A program made the translations under genes and the position numbers. From Azolla caroliniana (lineage: Eukaryota; Plantae; Polypodiophyta), in the NCBI GenBank assembly GCA_043228905.1, contig JBHGNT010000016.1, positions 11,842,001-11,906,000 on the forward strand: a DNA stretch of 64,000 nucleotides, read 5' to 3'. Under the pieces are notes generated by a model. The model did no database searches and had not been told where the DNA came from. It saw only the letters and a list, made by a program, of their open reading frames with translations. Positions 1-13,104 of the stretch are shown one piece after another; within the stretch, counting starts at the first letter, position 1, and each line of letters starts with the position of its first letter.

Positions 1-104
1 ATGCAGTTGCACGCACACGGACGCGGGGCACATAGGATTCACAATGCATGAACACAACAAAACGAGACGACTAGAAGTCTGAGTATATGAACACGTATGT
101 ATAT

Positions 105-561
105 TGTAAAAAGTAGCGTGCGGAAGCAAGTATGAAGACCGAACAGAAGGCAGAAAACTCAGGTTGAATGGAGAGCTTGAGCTTATGCAGTATACGTGGA
201 AGAGACAGAGAGAGTGAGAGAGAGAGAACACAAGAACTATATTCAACAAAAGTACTCAATATCTATTCACCACACTCTATACATATGTGTGTTCAACGAA
301 CACTTTTATACAAGTCCTAGAAGGACTGACCGAAGTACTGACAGTACTTCAATGCTCATTAAGAGCTCCTACACTAACTCCCAAATATATTCCTCACGGA
401 ATATCTTTCCTAATGGCCTCCCGGTTTACGCACCGACCCAACCCTACCTACACACCGGTCTGCGTACCGGTTTACGTATTCGGCCTAACCGATCGGTCCC
501 AACCGATCCGGTCCTCGGCTTCTTCAGTCGATCCGGCCGATGTTGAGCTTTTCTCTCAACA
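105..561 (-). repeat. 3' LTR of Copia A1
   Basis: TG..CA ends, adjacent PPT, close similarity to 13105-13495. Confidence 0.9.
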
Positions 562-574
562 CTCCCCCTCAACT

Positions 575-1325
575 CAACTTTAGGCTCTTCAGGATCTTCG
601 GGCTCACAACTCCGGTTCCTTCTGGCTTCACGCCTCGCTCGCGCTCCACGACCTGTTCGACTCCGTGCGCTTCAACCCTTCCGGTCGGCTTGTCTGCTCA
701 TGTGGCCCTTATCAACTCTTCTGTTGTTGTGGTGTTGACACTTCTCCTGCTGCCTTTTCTTCCGCTTGGGCCTCGGTTGATTCAGCATATCTAAATCAAA
801 CATCCGAACCGACTCGGCTACCACCGATCGGTTTTCGCTCTCGTCCGAGTTGGCTGTTTCCAACTTGTCTTCGGTCTTCTCGCCCTCGATGGCGTCATCT
901 CCCCCATGCATGGTTGGCTTCGGCTCTCTCCTTCGACTGCTCCCCTTCTGTCCGCTTCCGGACTTTTCCGCGGGTCCGCCCTCAGCTTCTTCAGCCGATC
1001 CGAAGTCGAGCTCGACAACTGAGTCAACCGACTCGGTGTCGCAGTCTTCGCTCCTTTCCTGCTGCCTTGCTTGGTCGTTCGGGACTGTTCTCCCCCTTAA
1101 CTTTGGCACGTCGAGGTGACGCAATCCGAGCGCACCCGAGAATTGCCGCAACTTGTCCAGACCAAGAGGCTTGGTGAAGATGTTGGCAGTCTGCCGATCC
1201 GTCGGAACGTATTGAAGTTCGACTTCACCGGAAAGGACACACTCATGGACGAAATGGTAGTGCACCTCAATGTGCTTAGTCCGTGCGTGGAAAACGGGGT
1301 TTTTCGCGAGCTGGATGCTGCTGAG
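575..1325 (-). pseudogene. pol: Copia A1 RNase H C-terminus plus long charged tail
   Basis: HYHFVHE..ADIFTKPL-like Copia RNase H end; frame continues to the PPT with one internal stop near 672. Confidence 0.85.
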
Positions 1326-2072
1326 TGATAGGGTGTATAAGATAATAGATAGTTATACACTATATGAGGGCTTGACCAAACCGATTAGATGGAGTTGAAA
1401 ATCATAATATATTATATAGCTCTAGGTAATTATGATTAGAGAGTATAACTCAAGAAACTAAGAAAAAAGATAGAGAAAGCGAGCAAGAAATAAGAATGTT
1501 CTGATATTCCAACATCAAGAGAATACAAAGGAGACAAACTCCACATTGAACTAAAACTAAAGACCTTCCTCTTCTAAGACACTTCCTCTTCCACAAAGAC
1601 ACTTCTTCCTAACACTCCTCATCCACTCTTTGGCCTTCACTCTTCCCCCCTCCTCACTAATATCACTTCTTCTTTTATAACCTTCCTCTTCTTATCCACG
1701 TTCATGCTATTTTTAGAAGCTTTTTATCTTCCTATTTTTAGCTATGACACATCGACCTTCTAATCGTCATATCTCCCTCATCCGATATCCAAATTAAGCG
1801 ATTTAAAAAGCTATAGAAAGCTCTTTTTACAAGCTTTCTAATCCATATTTAAACGTGATATTTGGATAAACAACGAGGGAGTTATGACCATTCTATTTTT
1901 ACTGTTTTTTATAGTCTGCGTTTTTTCTTTTTACTTTTCTCTTGGTCTCGTACTTTTACTTTTGACTTCTTCCCTAGGGTCTTAGTTCGTGTTCTTATCC
2001 TCAAAAGGTGAATTATCTATACTTTATATTCTCCTAATGTTCAATGGCTTAGATTCTAAAAACACTTTCACA
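1326..2072 (-). repeat. 3' LTR of G0
   Basis: TGAT..CACA, direct repeat of 7582-8328. Confidence 0.95.
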
Positions 2073-2333
2073 TTTAGCCCTCCCCCTTGTTAGAGGCTAA
2101 GCCATTTATGGCGAAGCACTTATTGGCAGTACTTAACAAACAAAAGCTCTCTCGCCAATCTCTTGGCTATAGACAATGAGAGAGATATAATAAAAAGAAA
2201 ATAAAAAGATGTGAGTAAAACCCCCGCTAATCGGTAGGAAAAACCTCACATTCTCTACAAATAAAAAAGATAATCACTATTACCATCTTCCTCTTTGTTA
2301 ATAGAGAGAAAGATGGGTCTACAATATGGACTA

Positions 2334-5300
2334 TTAAGAAAATAATGTATGGGGAAACAAGTCCACTTCTTGCTCCCATCCATCCGTATCAACAATATCA
2401 TTAGTAACTTGGGGAATATAAGTAGGTCCCCGAGTTACATACTTTTTAAGGCGCCATCCGTTCACTCGATAAGAATGAAGTGCTCCATCCACATCTTTCA
2501 ATTGGTAACTTCCGTTGTCATACTTTTTGTGAACCACAAAGGGTCCTTCCCACTTATTATCAAGCTTTTGTCCTTGAATATAATCATATCTATTATCATA
2601 CCTAAGAACCAATGATCCTTCTTCAATGTGGTTGCCCTTGTGTTTTTTGTCATATGCCTCCTTTCTCTTCATTGCTTGATTTAAGTAATGCTCCACAGCT
2701 TCTTCTCTTGAATATTGTAGTAGATGGTTGCTCGCTAAACGACTCATCACATCATTTCCTTTTGAGCGATGTGATGCCTCCATTAGTCTATTACTTTTGA
2801 TCTAAAGTTCGATCGGAAGTAACGCTTCTTTTCCATAAACCAAATAAAAAGGAGTAAAACCTGTGGAGGATTTATATGAAACTCTATAAGCCCAAAGAGT
2901 ATCATCCAAATACCTATCCCATGTTCTTACTTTGTCTTGCACTAACTTTGTCAAATTCTTCACTATAAGCCCATTCACTTTCTCAACTGCACCATTTGCT
3001 TGAGGATAATAAGGCGTTGAATATCGATGCTTAATCTTCAACTTGCTTAATAGACAAGCTAACATTTCACTCCTAAAACCGGGTCCATGATCGGATACAA
3101 TCTCCATGGGAACTCCAAATCTAGTACAAATATTCTTATACACAAATTGGGCTACATCTTTGGCTTTAATCGAGGAAGTTGCTATAGCTTCCACCCACTT
3201 TGTCATGTAGTCAATGGCCACCAAAATAAACTCTTTACCATGTTGAGTTTTCGGAAGAGGTCCTACTGCATCAATTCCCCATTTCTCGAATGGAGCAAAC
3301 ACCACAATGGGTTGTAAAGGTCCACTTTGTAGATGTCTTATTCCCGCTTTTTGACATGCATCACAAGATCTACACCAATCATGCACATCCCTATGGATAG
3401 TAGGCCATGTAAAACCAATTAGTAAAATCTTTCTTATCATTATATCATGGGTTAAATGCCCACCACAAACTTCTTCATGCAACTTAAAGAGTATCTTTAT
3501 AATCTCGCTTTTGTTAGGAACTCTTCATAAAACTCCATCTTTCCCTTTGTTGTACAAATCTTCACCCACCAAATGATATTGTGAAGCCTTTGCCACCAAA
3601 CGCTTTCTTTGCAAAGCATTGAGGTTATTTGGAAACTCTCCTTTATTAAGAAAATTATGTACTTCCTCTAGGGAGTCTACATCTTTGCACGTCTCCAAAA
3701 CACCAACGAAACCTTCCTTGATCTTATCTAATTGGGCTTGAGCTAATGCATCCGCTTCTTTATTGTATAATCTCCCCACATGCTTAATCTGTATCTTTTC
3801 AAAAGACCTTAGTAGACTCATTGCTTCTTTATAAAAATTTCTAAGCCCATCACTTTGACATTTCCAATTGCCTTGAATTTGTTTAATTACCAATAAGGAA
3901 TCACCCTTAAGAATTAATCTTTTTATCTTCATAGCTTTACATAGACGAAGACCATAACACAAGGTAGCATACTCCGCTTCATTATTTGAATTCACACCAC
4001 TTAATGTAATACCTTCACTTTTTACTCTGTCTCCTTGAGGATCCTTGAGAATAATCCCACCCACGGCTATGTTTGTGGCTTTGCGAAATGCCCCATCAAA
4101 GAATAAGGTGAATGCATCCTCCATATCCGGCTCGGGAAGTGCCTTTCGTAGCTTTACCAAGTCTTCTTCATGAAAGGTTTCTCTAAAGGTGAGAAGATCC
4201 GCCAATTCGGCACGCATAGTTGATTCCAATTTGACTTCAAAATCAAACTCCGCCAATAGTAGAGCCCATTTAGCAATTCGTGCTGAAATGCTCACATGTT
4301 GGAGTACATATGGGAGTAATGACATGCTAGTGATTATTATAAAATGATGAGGTAGTAGAAAGCTTCTAAACTTTTTACAAGCATATATAAGAGCTAACAT
4401 CCACTTTTCTACTTCTAAGAATTCTTTCTCTACATCAGACATGGCTTTACTAATAAAATATATAGGATGCATAAGCCTATTTTCAGAATCTTGTTGCATA
4501 AGAATGGCTCCTATAGCATGAGATCCAACACTAAGAGAAAGAAAGAAGGTAGATGTTCTATCAGGTGGCTTTAGAATAGGAGCATTACATAATAGTTCTT
4601 TTATTCTTACATATTGCTCTTCAGTTGTAGATGTCCACAAGAAGTTGTTGGTGCGAAGAATAATGCGAAAAGGATAGAGAATTTGGGCCAACATATGAAT
4701 GAATCGTTCAAAGTAACGAACTTTTTGAACAAATACCTCCAAATCTTTGATACTCGTGGGTGTTGTCATCTTTTGAATTGCTTCAATCTTTGAGCTATCA
4801 ACTTTGATTCCTTCTTGAGACACCACATGACCAAGCATCACCACCTCCTTTTCACCTATGTGACACTTCTCTGGGTTGAGTTGCATTTTGCATTCCTCCA
4901 ATCTTTTGAATGCCAAGCGAACCTTTTCCAAATGGTCTTTCCTGCTACTATAAATTGCAAAGTCATCCATAAAGACTCTAACAAACTTTCCAAAGAATGG
5001 TTGGAATACATGAATAGCAAGACGATTAAATGTAAAAACAGCATTTGTGAGTCCAAAGGGCATGCATCGATATGCAAAGCATCCCCATGGAGTGATGAAT
5101 GTCGTCTTCTTTTGATCCTCTTCCGCAATACGAATTTGAAAATAACCTGAATAGCCATCACAAACAGAGTACATTTCATGACCCGCAATTTCATCTAATA
5201 TTTCATCTTGGAAAGGGAGAGGAAAGTGATCCCTCTTGGTAGCCGCATTTAGAGGTTTGTAATCAACACAAACCCTCCATTTTCCATTCTTTTTAGGTAC

Positions 5301-7493
5301 CACCACAATGGGCGAAACCCATTCAGAATCTTCCATTGGGTAAATGAATTGTGCACGCAACAAAGCTTTGACTTCCTTTAATAAGGCCTCCTTTTGCACG
5401 TGACCTAGCCTTCGCAACTTTTGCGCAACGGGAGTTGTACCCCCTTTTAGATTTATGTGATGTTGGATGACATCTACACCCCTAATATGAGCATAATCAC
5501 TAATGAAAAGGTTAGGAAATTCAGAAATCAAATTAATAAATTGTTGCCTCTCTTGCCCTTTAAGATCTTTAGAAATCATCTTCTCTTTTTGCTCCATAGT
5601 AATTAAACCTCCTTCATCATCTTCTTCCTTCAAAACGGCATATGATGTGGTCATTTCCCATTCTGACGAGGAATCTTCACTTTCATCACTTTCATATGCG
5701 GACCCACTATCATATTCAGTTATTCCATCTTCTTCTTTCTCAATAAGTCTTTGTTGCCGCATATCATAATGTATGCTCACTCCTTTTGATGGCGTTATGG
5801 TCATCAAACCTTTGCTCCAATCTTGGACAACATTGAGTTCTTGCATCCATGGTCGTCCTAGTACCAAAGAATATGACGGTCCTTTTAGTGGTATTACATG
5901 AAAATCCATGGAAATGCTTACCCCAAAACACTTGATGACAACATCCTCCACTATGCCAATGCAATGGACCACTCCACCATCGGCTACAGCCACTCTTGCC
6001 GAAGATGACCTACTTATAGGAATTCCCACTTTGTTTACCACAAATTCAGAAATCAAGCTTACTCTAGCACCACTATCAACCAACGCATCTTTGATGTGAA
6101 ACCCTTTGATGGAGACGGGGATGGTGGGTCGTATGTCCTTTCGATCTTCTATTCGCACGATTCCCACATAATGCACAGTCTTCCGACTTTGGCGAATACT
6201 TGCAAGTCGCCCCCACTCCTTTCGTAATGTGGGAGATAATTGGAGAAGTTGCGGCCATGTTATCCTTGGTCCACTTGAAATCAACTCATGCTTCAAATTG
6301 AAAGCTTCTACACCTTCACCCATAGGAATGTCCTCCATCTTGATCTTTCTTCTAGAGTGTCTCCTTCTCAATTTTTCCTCTTTCTCATTCTCCTTAGACT
6401 TCTTCTTTTGTCTTGAGGCACTAGATTCTCCTTCAACTTCTTTCTCCTTTTGCGAGGACCTTGTCCTTTTCACAGGAGCTACTTCAAAAGAATTATCACT
6501 ATCATCAATAAAATTAAGAAGATTCACATTATGAGGAATTGTAGGAACCTGAGCCATAGGGAGTGTTACGTTTCCTTCGACTTCATTGTTGTTAGGTCGT
6601 TGTCCATTCCTTTGCACTTGATAAATGCCTCTTCCCATGCCTCTTTGTTGTCGATGAGGACATCTTGTTGAGATGTGTCCCTCCTCTTGACAAGAATAAC
6701 AAATTACACCGTGATGCCCTCTAGAGCCACCACCATCGGGAATAGTGTTGTGAATTGCTTGGGATTGTCGCAAGTGGGTCATCACTTCATCAAAGCGCCG
6801 ATTTACCAATGCCATGGTATCTTGTTCACTCCTCACTTGTTCAACTTCTTGGGATATACTTGTTGGGTTTATTGTTGTGGTGGTATACACATTTGGAAAC
6901 ACTTGTCCCCCATGCACAATTGAAGATGAGGCTTGAAAGTTGGCACGAGGCATCAAATTTGCACCCAAAGCCGTCATTTGGGGATCCCCCAAGGAGCTCA
7001 TCATCTTCACTTGTCGATCATAAGCTTGACAAACTTGGATAAGAGCTTGAAACGATGTGGGATCCTTCAAGTTTGCTTCCAAACGGAAATACATATCAAG
7101 ACCCATCTTGAATCGTTCCATTTTAAACCACTCGTCTTCAGTGCCGCCACGAAGACGAATCCATGTAGTCCACAAATCCTTGAAATTTCTTTCATACTCA
7201 GTGAAACCAATTGTTGATTCCATCTTTAGTCGAAATAGCTCTTCCCTTACTTCGGTTGCACTTCGTCGTTGAATATATTTGGCACGAAACTGGTGCACCA
7301 ACAATTGATATGCTCCCTGTTGGTTTGGAGGAAGAGAGTCATACCAATCTCGAGCTCGACCATAGAATGTAGCTACTAATAAAGGTAACTTCTCATTGTC
7401 GGTGATGCGTCCAATAGAGACAGCATGATGCTCAAAAGATGCCAAAAAGGCACCCGCATCTTGTGTTCTTTCACCTGAAAATGCAAATTGCAT
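2334..7493 (-). pseudogene. pol: G0 single-frame gag-pol (Gag, CCHC knuckle, protease, RT, RNase H, aRH, integrase) with two in-frame stops
   Basis: CYSCQEEGHISTRC; ALVDSGA; FMDD; FFDGA..NNEAEY..GDS..NKEADALA (aRH); WGIDAVGP integrase; stops at ~3525 and ~2802; probable ATG at 7493 (the ORF-track start lies inside the LTR). Confidence 0.9.
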
Positions 7494-7561
7494 AGCTAAG
7501 TTAATGTAATATAGTAACACAATTAAATGATAAGTTCTCCCTCCTATACGGAAAGGATCCA

Positions 7562-7578
7562 CCCTCCCTGGAGCGCCA
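7562..7578 (-). promoter_or_regulatory. Primer-binding site of G0 (tRNA-type, Asn/Arg-like)
   Basis: TGGCGCTCCAGGGAGGG 3 nt inside the 5' LTR; tRNA identity is an inference. Confidence 0.75.
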
Positions 7579-7581
7579 AAA

Positions 7582-8328
7582 TGATAGGGTGTATAAGATA
7601 ATAGATAGTTATACACTATATGAGGGCTTGACCAAACCGATTAGATGGAGTTGAAAATCATAATATATTATATAGCTCTAGGTAATTATGATTAGAGAGT
7701 ATAACTCAAGAAACTAAGAAAAAAGATAGAGAAAGCGAGCAAGAAATAAGAATGTTCTGATATTCCAACATCAAGAGAATACAAAGGAGACAAACTCCAC
7801 ATTGAACTAAAACCAAAGACCTTCCTCTTCTAAGACACTTCCTCTTCCACAAAGACACTTCTTCCTAACACTCCTCATCCACTCTTTGGCCTTCACTCTT
7901 CCCCCCTCCTCACTAATATCACTTCTTCTTTTATAACCTTCCTCTTCTTATCCACGTTCATGCTATTTTTAGAAGCTTTTTATCTTCCTATTTTTAGCTA
8001 TGACACATCGACCTTCTAATCGTCATATCTCCCTCATCCGATATCCAAATTAAGCGATTTAAAAAGCTATAGAAAGCTCTTTTTACAAGCTTTCTAATCC
8101 ATATTTAAACGTGATATTTGGATAAACAACGAGGGAGTTATGACCATTCTATTTTTACTGTTTTTTATAGTCTGCGTTTTCTCTTTTTACTTTTCTCTTG
8201 GTCTCGTACTTTTACTTTTGACTTCTTCCCTAAGGTCTTAGTTCGTGTTCTTATCCTCAAAAGGTGAATTATCTATACTTTATATTCTCCTAATGTTCAA
8301 TGGCTTAGATTCTAAAAACACTTTCACA
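7582..8328 (-). repeat. 5' LTR of G0
   Basis: Direct repeat of 1326-2072, next to the PBS, flanked by TSD CTGAG. Confidence 0.95.
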
Positions 8329-11300
8329 CTGAGGTTGTCGCAGTAGATCGTCGTCGGATCTGACACCTCCTCTTGAAGGTCCTTAAGTAGTCGCTTCAAC
8401 CATATGGCTTCGCATGTCGCGATAGCCGCTCCTCGGTACTCAGCTTCGGTGCTCGACAATGCAACTGTCGGCTGGTTCTTACTGCTCCACGCGATCGCGG
8501 CACTCCCGAGGGAGAATGCGTATCCAAACGTGGATCGGCGATCGGCGGCGTTGCCAACCCAATCAGCATCGGTGTAGCCGACTAACTGCGCGGCTGCACC
8601 GGTCCGATAGCAGTCCCCGGTCCTTAGTGCTGTTGACATACCGAAGTATGCGTTGCGCACACTGAAGGTGCTCCTCGGTAGGTCGCACCATGAATTGACT
8701 GATCACTCCGACCGGATAACTGAGGTCGGGTCGGGTGATGGTCAAGTATATGAGGCTTCCGACAATTTGTCGGAACCTCGTCGGGTCGCATACCTTTCCC
8801 GTATCGGGACGAAGCTTGACAGTTCTGTCCAGAGAAGTCGAGACGGACTTACAGTCGGCCATCCCGAATTTGAAGAGCATCAACACGTAATGACGTTGGC
8901 TTATCAATATGCCTTCGGGGGTACGGATCACTTCGATCCCGAGGAAGTAATGAAGGTCCCCAAGATCCTTCATGTCGAATGATGCCGCAAGCTGGAGCTT
9001 CACGCGGTCGATTTCACCTAGGTCGGCGCCGATGATGACCAAGTCATCAACATATAGTAAAATACTAATCGGTCCGAGTCGACCTTTCCGGATGAACAGG
9101 GAAGAGTCCGATTTTGACGTGAGGAAGCCCATCCGACGTAGTTGTTGCGTGATCTTCGCGTTCCAGGCACGCGGGGCTTGCTTCAGTCCGTAAAGGGACT
9201 TCTTCAGTTGGCATACTACTGAGGAGTTTGTTCCAGAGTGAAATCCGGGGGGCTGTACCATGTACACCTGTTCCTCAAGGTCACCTTGCAGGAACGCATT
9301 CTTTACATCCATCTGATGTAAGTGCCACCCCTTCACCGTAGCTACTGCGAGCAAAACACGAACGGTCGTCATTTTCGCGATCGGCGCAAACGTCTCATCG
9401 TAGTCGATGCCGTGTTTCTGTGCGTAACCTTTTGCCACTAACCGGGCCTTGTATCGGTTGACCGAGCCGTCAATGTTGTACTTGACCTTGTACACCCACC
9501 TACATCCGATCGGCTTCACACCCTTCGGTGCGTCAACCAGATCCTAGGTCTCATTTTCCGCCAATGCGTGCATCTCTTCCTCCATCGCGGCACACCAATT
9601 CGCGTCCTTCGCCGCTTCTGCGTAGCTCTCTGGCTCACGCACTTCCGCTATACGGGTCATGTACGCATAGTGATGCGCCATGTACTCATTGCATCTGAAC
9701 CGCAAAACAGGATTCTTCTGGCGGGTAGATCGGCGTAATCTCACATTAGCCGATGTCGAGGCCTTCTCGGTCGACGCAAACTTCACCTTTAAAGACCCGT
9801 CACCGGTTCCCTTAGAGTCGGACTCGCGTCGGTCTGACTTGTTCCTATCCGTGTTGGAATCCGACACCTTCTTTTTCCCCTTCTCTTTGCGCCTAAGCTA
9901 TCTCCTCGGCTTCCTGCGTGGGGAATGCACGACCGAGTCTCCACTACTCGCCGGCTCTTCATCGGACTGATCGTACCGACACAGTCGTCCAATCGGTCCA
10001 CTTAAACGGAGTGAAATCAGACTCTCTTCATGGGTCTCGATTTCGGGCTCATCCGGAGGCATCTCGGCCTCGCTGACCTCATTGTTAGAACTCGGATTGG
10101 AGTCGGGGTTCGGAGTCGGGGGCTGGTACCAAGATGCAGACTCGTCAAACACAACGTTGCGACTAACATGCGCTTGTTTGGTGTGAGGGTTATAGCACTT
10201 ATAACCCTTCTGCTCGTCCAAGTAACCGACCAAGATGCATTTCTCGGCCTTTGCGTCCAGCTTCCTCTTTTTCTCCTTTGGTACATGCACGTACGCAATG
10301 CTACCGAACACCCTCAAGTGTCGCAAGTTTGGCTTCGTTCCGAAATATAGCTCGTGCGCCGACACTTTGTCTCCGATCCGGTTCTGGATGTATACCACGG
10401 TCCTTACCGCCTCAGCCCAATACTACTTGGGCAAGCTCTTCTCCTCCAGCATTGCTCATGCGGTTTCCACAACTGACCGATTCTTCCTCTCGGCCACGCC
10501 GTTCTGCTCCGGCGTGTATCTACAACTGAATTCGCGCCGAATTCCCATTTGTTGTAGATAACCGTTGAATTGACCAGAAAAGTACTCTTTCCCGCCATCC
10601 GACCGCAGGCACTTGATCTTTCGTCCCGTTTCCATTTCCACGAACCCTTTGAGGTCCCGGAAATAGTCGAAGACTTCGCTCTTCCTCTCAATGAGGTAGA
10701 TCCACGTGTGCCGCATGTGGTCGTCGATGAAGGAGACGAAATATCCGCTCCCGCCAAGACTAACATTTTGTGCCGGCCCCCATACATCGGAGTGTATAAG
10801 GTCGAGATTGTTCTGGCTCCGGTTTCGCTTGTTGGGGAAAGGAAGTCGGTGTTGCTTCCCGAGCTGGCAGGCTTCACAAATTTGTGCCTTTCGGCCACTA
10901 AATTTGGGCAATCCGAACACCACTTGTTTCGATTGCAGCTCTTGAAGCCGCTGGTAGTTGACGTGGCCTAACCGTTTGTGCCACAAGTCGATGTCCGACT
11001 CGGATTTTTGTCCCTTCGCGAACATTGCGGTGCCGCCGTTAGTGGAGTCGAGGATGAACATCCTCCCGTCTCTGCGCCCTTGCGCAATCACACGGCCTTC
11101 TTCCTCAATGAAGCACCCGAGGTGTGTAAACCGAACCTCCATCCCTTGGTCGACGATCTGTCCAACCGAGACCAAGTTCTTCGTGATTGTCAGAACGTGC
11201 AGCACGTTCATGAGTTTCCCTTTCTGCCCGACATGGCTAAGGGGAACTTCTCCGACATTCGCGATTGGATGCGGAGTGTCGTCTCTAGTTGCGACTACTC

Positions 11301-11400
11301 CAGGTTGTATCGGTTTTTCAAGGTACGAGAACCACTCCTTATGGCTCGTCATGTGGTTTGACGCGCCAGAGTCTACGTACCACACCTCGTCCGATCTCGA
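8329..11400 (-). pseudogene. pol: Copia A1 pol (protease, GAG-pre-integrase, integrase, RT, RNase H N-part), with frameshifts and stops
   Basis: ORF pieces 10456-11385, 9898-10398, 8563-9519, 8280-8660 carry WHKRLGH, LRSDGGKEY, QMDVKNAFL, YVDD, YTDADW. Confidence 0.92.
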
Positions 11401-11834
11401 AGTGGTCTATTTCATTGAGTTTGCTTTGTGTCTCGTCACGAAGGCAGACCCTTCTCCGGCTCTCTCGGAGTCTTCGGCATAGAGCGATCGCTGCCGATTT
11501 ACCTTGTCGGTATGTCCAGAGCCGTTTTTGGAACCGGTTCTCTCCGAATCGGCGCACTTCTTCCAGCACTCACTTTCCCTGTGGCCTTTCTTGCCACAGT
11601 ACTAGTACTCCGCGATGGCCTTCCCTTGCCGGTTCTCATCGCTTCGACTCCCCCTATTTCCGGAGGGTCCGGTGTTGCTGTGGGCACCACTTCGATAACT
11701 TCTTCCTTGATCTCGTCGGCCGCCTCCATTGCGCGCCGACTCGCCTCGTCCTCCACGTCCACAGGGCCTATCTCCCTCCGTGTACAACATTCTGCTGTCG
11801 GTGTGTGTGCTTGTAGATGCACCCGCGTGGTTCT

Positions 11835-12668
11835 TGTTGGGAGACAGGTCCCTCCGGATGGGAAGGGAGAAGAACAGTGCCGATGAACGGTATGAGGAGT
11901 ACCCGACTACGGAGAGCCGGATGATACAGGCCCGGTGTGAATCGGATGAGGAGTACCCGACTACGGAGAGCCGGATGATACAGGCCCGGTGTGAACCGGA
12001 TGAGGAGTACCCGACTACGGAGAGCCGGATGATACAGGCCCGGTGTGAACCGGATGAGGAGTACCCGACTATGGAGAGCCGGATGATACAGGCCCGGTGT
12101 GAACCGGATGAGTAGTACCCGGCTACGGAAAGCCGGATGGTGCAGGCCCGGTGTGAACCGGATGAGGAGTACCCGGCTACGGAGAGCCGGATGGTGCAAA
12201 ACCGGTATGAACCGGAGGAAGAGACATATTCGTAAATATGTTTCTGAGAGCCCATTGTGGCTACATTTGTAAATAGCCGAAAAGTCATATTAGTATAAAT
12301 ATAACTTAGGGCAAACTAATATTATGTTGTTGTCAATTTTCTGTATTACATGAGATTAGTGTGCGTAACGTTGTACAGAGAGAGAGAGAGAAAGAGGTTG
12401 CTGCCTTTGTTGTAACCGCCGCCTGTGGCGAAGATCGTGAGTCCGAGGTCATTGCCTCCGTGTACTCACTGTTTTGTACATTCATACATAGTGACAGTTT
12501 GCAGCTTGTGGGCTGCCGTGGTTTTTCCCCTAGTTTGGGGTTTTCCACATTAACCTCCTGTGTACAATTTCTCTTCTTTGTGTCGTGTTCTATTTCCCGT
12601 TTTCTGTGTATGAAAAGAAACTCGGTTGTGGCCGAGTCTTGCGCATAAGGAACGTCAAGTTCCCGTCA
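11835..12668 (+). mobile_element. Solo LTR (Tnt1/Tork-like Copia) inserted in A1 gag
   Basis: TGTT..GTCA, TSD GTTCT, TATA at ~12294; same family as 18232-18992 in opposite orientation. Confidence 0.9.
11881..12215 (+). repeat. 54-bp tandem repeat (~6 units) in U3 of the solo LTR
   Basis: Unit ATGAGGAGTACCCGACTACGGAGAGCCGGATGATACAGGCCCGGTGTGAACCGG. Confidence 0.95.
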
Positions 12669-13104
12669 GTTCTCCTCTACCAGGAGCATTGATTGTAAGT
12701 CGAAAAAGGACGGCGTATTCTCCCGGGTACACACAGCCGTTCGGAACGCTCCGAACTTCGACGCCAAACCTCCGAGACAGATCTAGACCATCTCGCTCTC
12801 CTCGATGTTCACCTCTATGGAGGCGAGGGAGTCGCAAATATCCTTGATCTTCGAGGTATAGTCCGCCACCGACAAGTCGTGTTGTCGTAGGTTGCTCAAC
12901 TCCTGTCGGAGCTGAAGCTTCCTGGCTGTGGTGCTTGCAGCGAAAATCTTCTTCTGATTTTCCCACGCACCCTTCGGCGTCTTTGCATCCCGAACATAGC
13001 TCAATAGTTGTTCACCCACACATGACGCGAAGCATTATAATACCCCGCTCGCCGATTGCTCCCACGACGGGAAGTCTTTGTGTGTCGCGTCATTAGCTCC
13101 TTCG
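12669..13104 (-). pseudogene. gag: Copia A1 gag fragment (UBN2-like)
   Basis: AKTPKGAWENQKKIFAASTTARKLQLRQEL..SVADY. Confidence 0.85.

Larger units (their letters stand above)
1326..8328 (-). mobile_element. Full-length Ty3/Gypsy element G0, Tat-like with archaeal-type RNase H (aRH)
   Basis: 747-bp LTRs 1326-2072 and 7582-8328 with about 3 visible differences, TSD CTGAG, PBS TGGCGCTCCAGGGAGGG, PPT near 2077-2088. Confidence 0.95.
105..13104 (-). mobile_element. Ty1/Copia LTR retrotransposon family A, copy A1 (degenerate; 5' end not found; hosts G0 and a solo LTR)
   Basis: 3' LTR 105-561 (TGTA..AACA), PPT ctccccctcaa at 562-572, minus-strand order gag-PR(WYVDSGAS)-INT-RT(YVDD)-RNaseH; gag is cut at 13104 by the LTR of copy A2. 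Confidence 0.9.

Noticed and set aside
1-104. Leftmost flank
   Set aside because: Too short to assign
320-370. Hammerhead ribozyme (retrozyme) in LTRs
   Set aside because: CTGA is present but there is no CUGANGA..GAAA core with matching stems
11881-12215. Regular 54-bp repeats as a CRISPR array or repeat protein
   Set aside because: Head-to-tail units with no unique spacers, inside a TSD-flanked solo LTR; the repetitive ORFs are by-products and one unit has a stop
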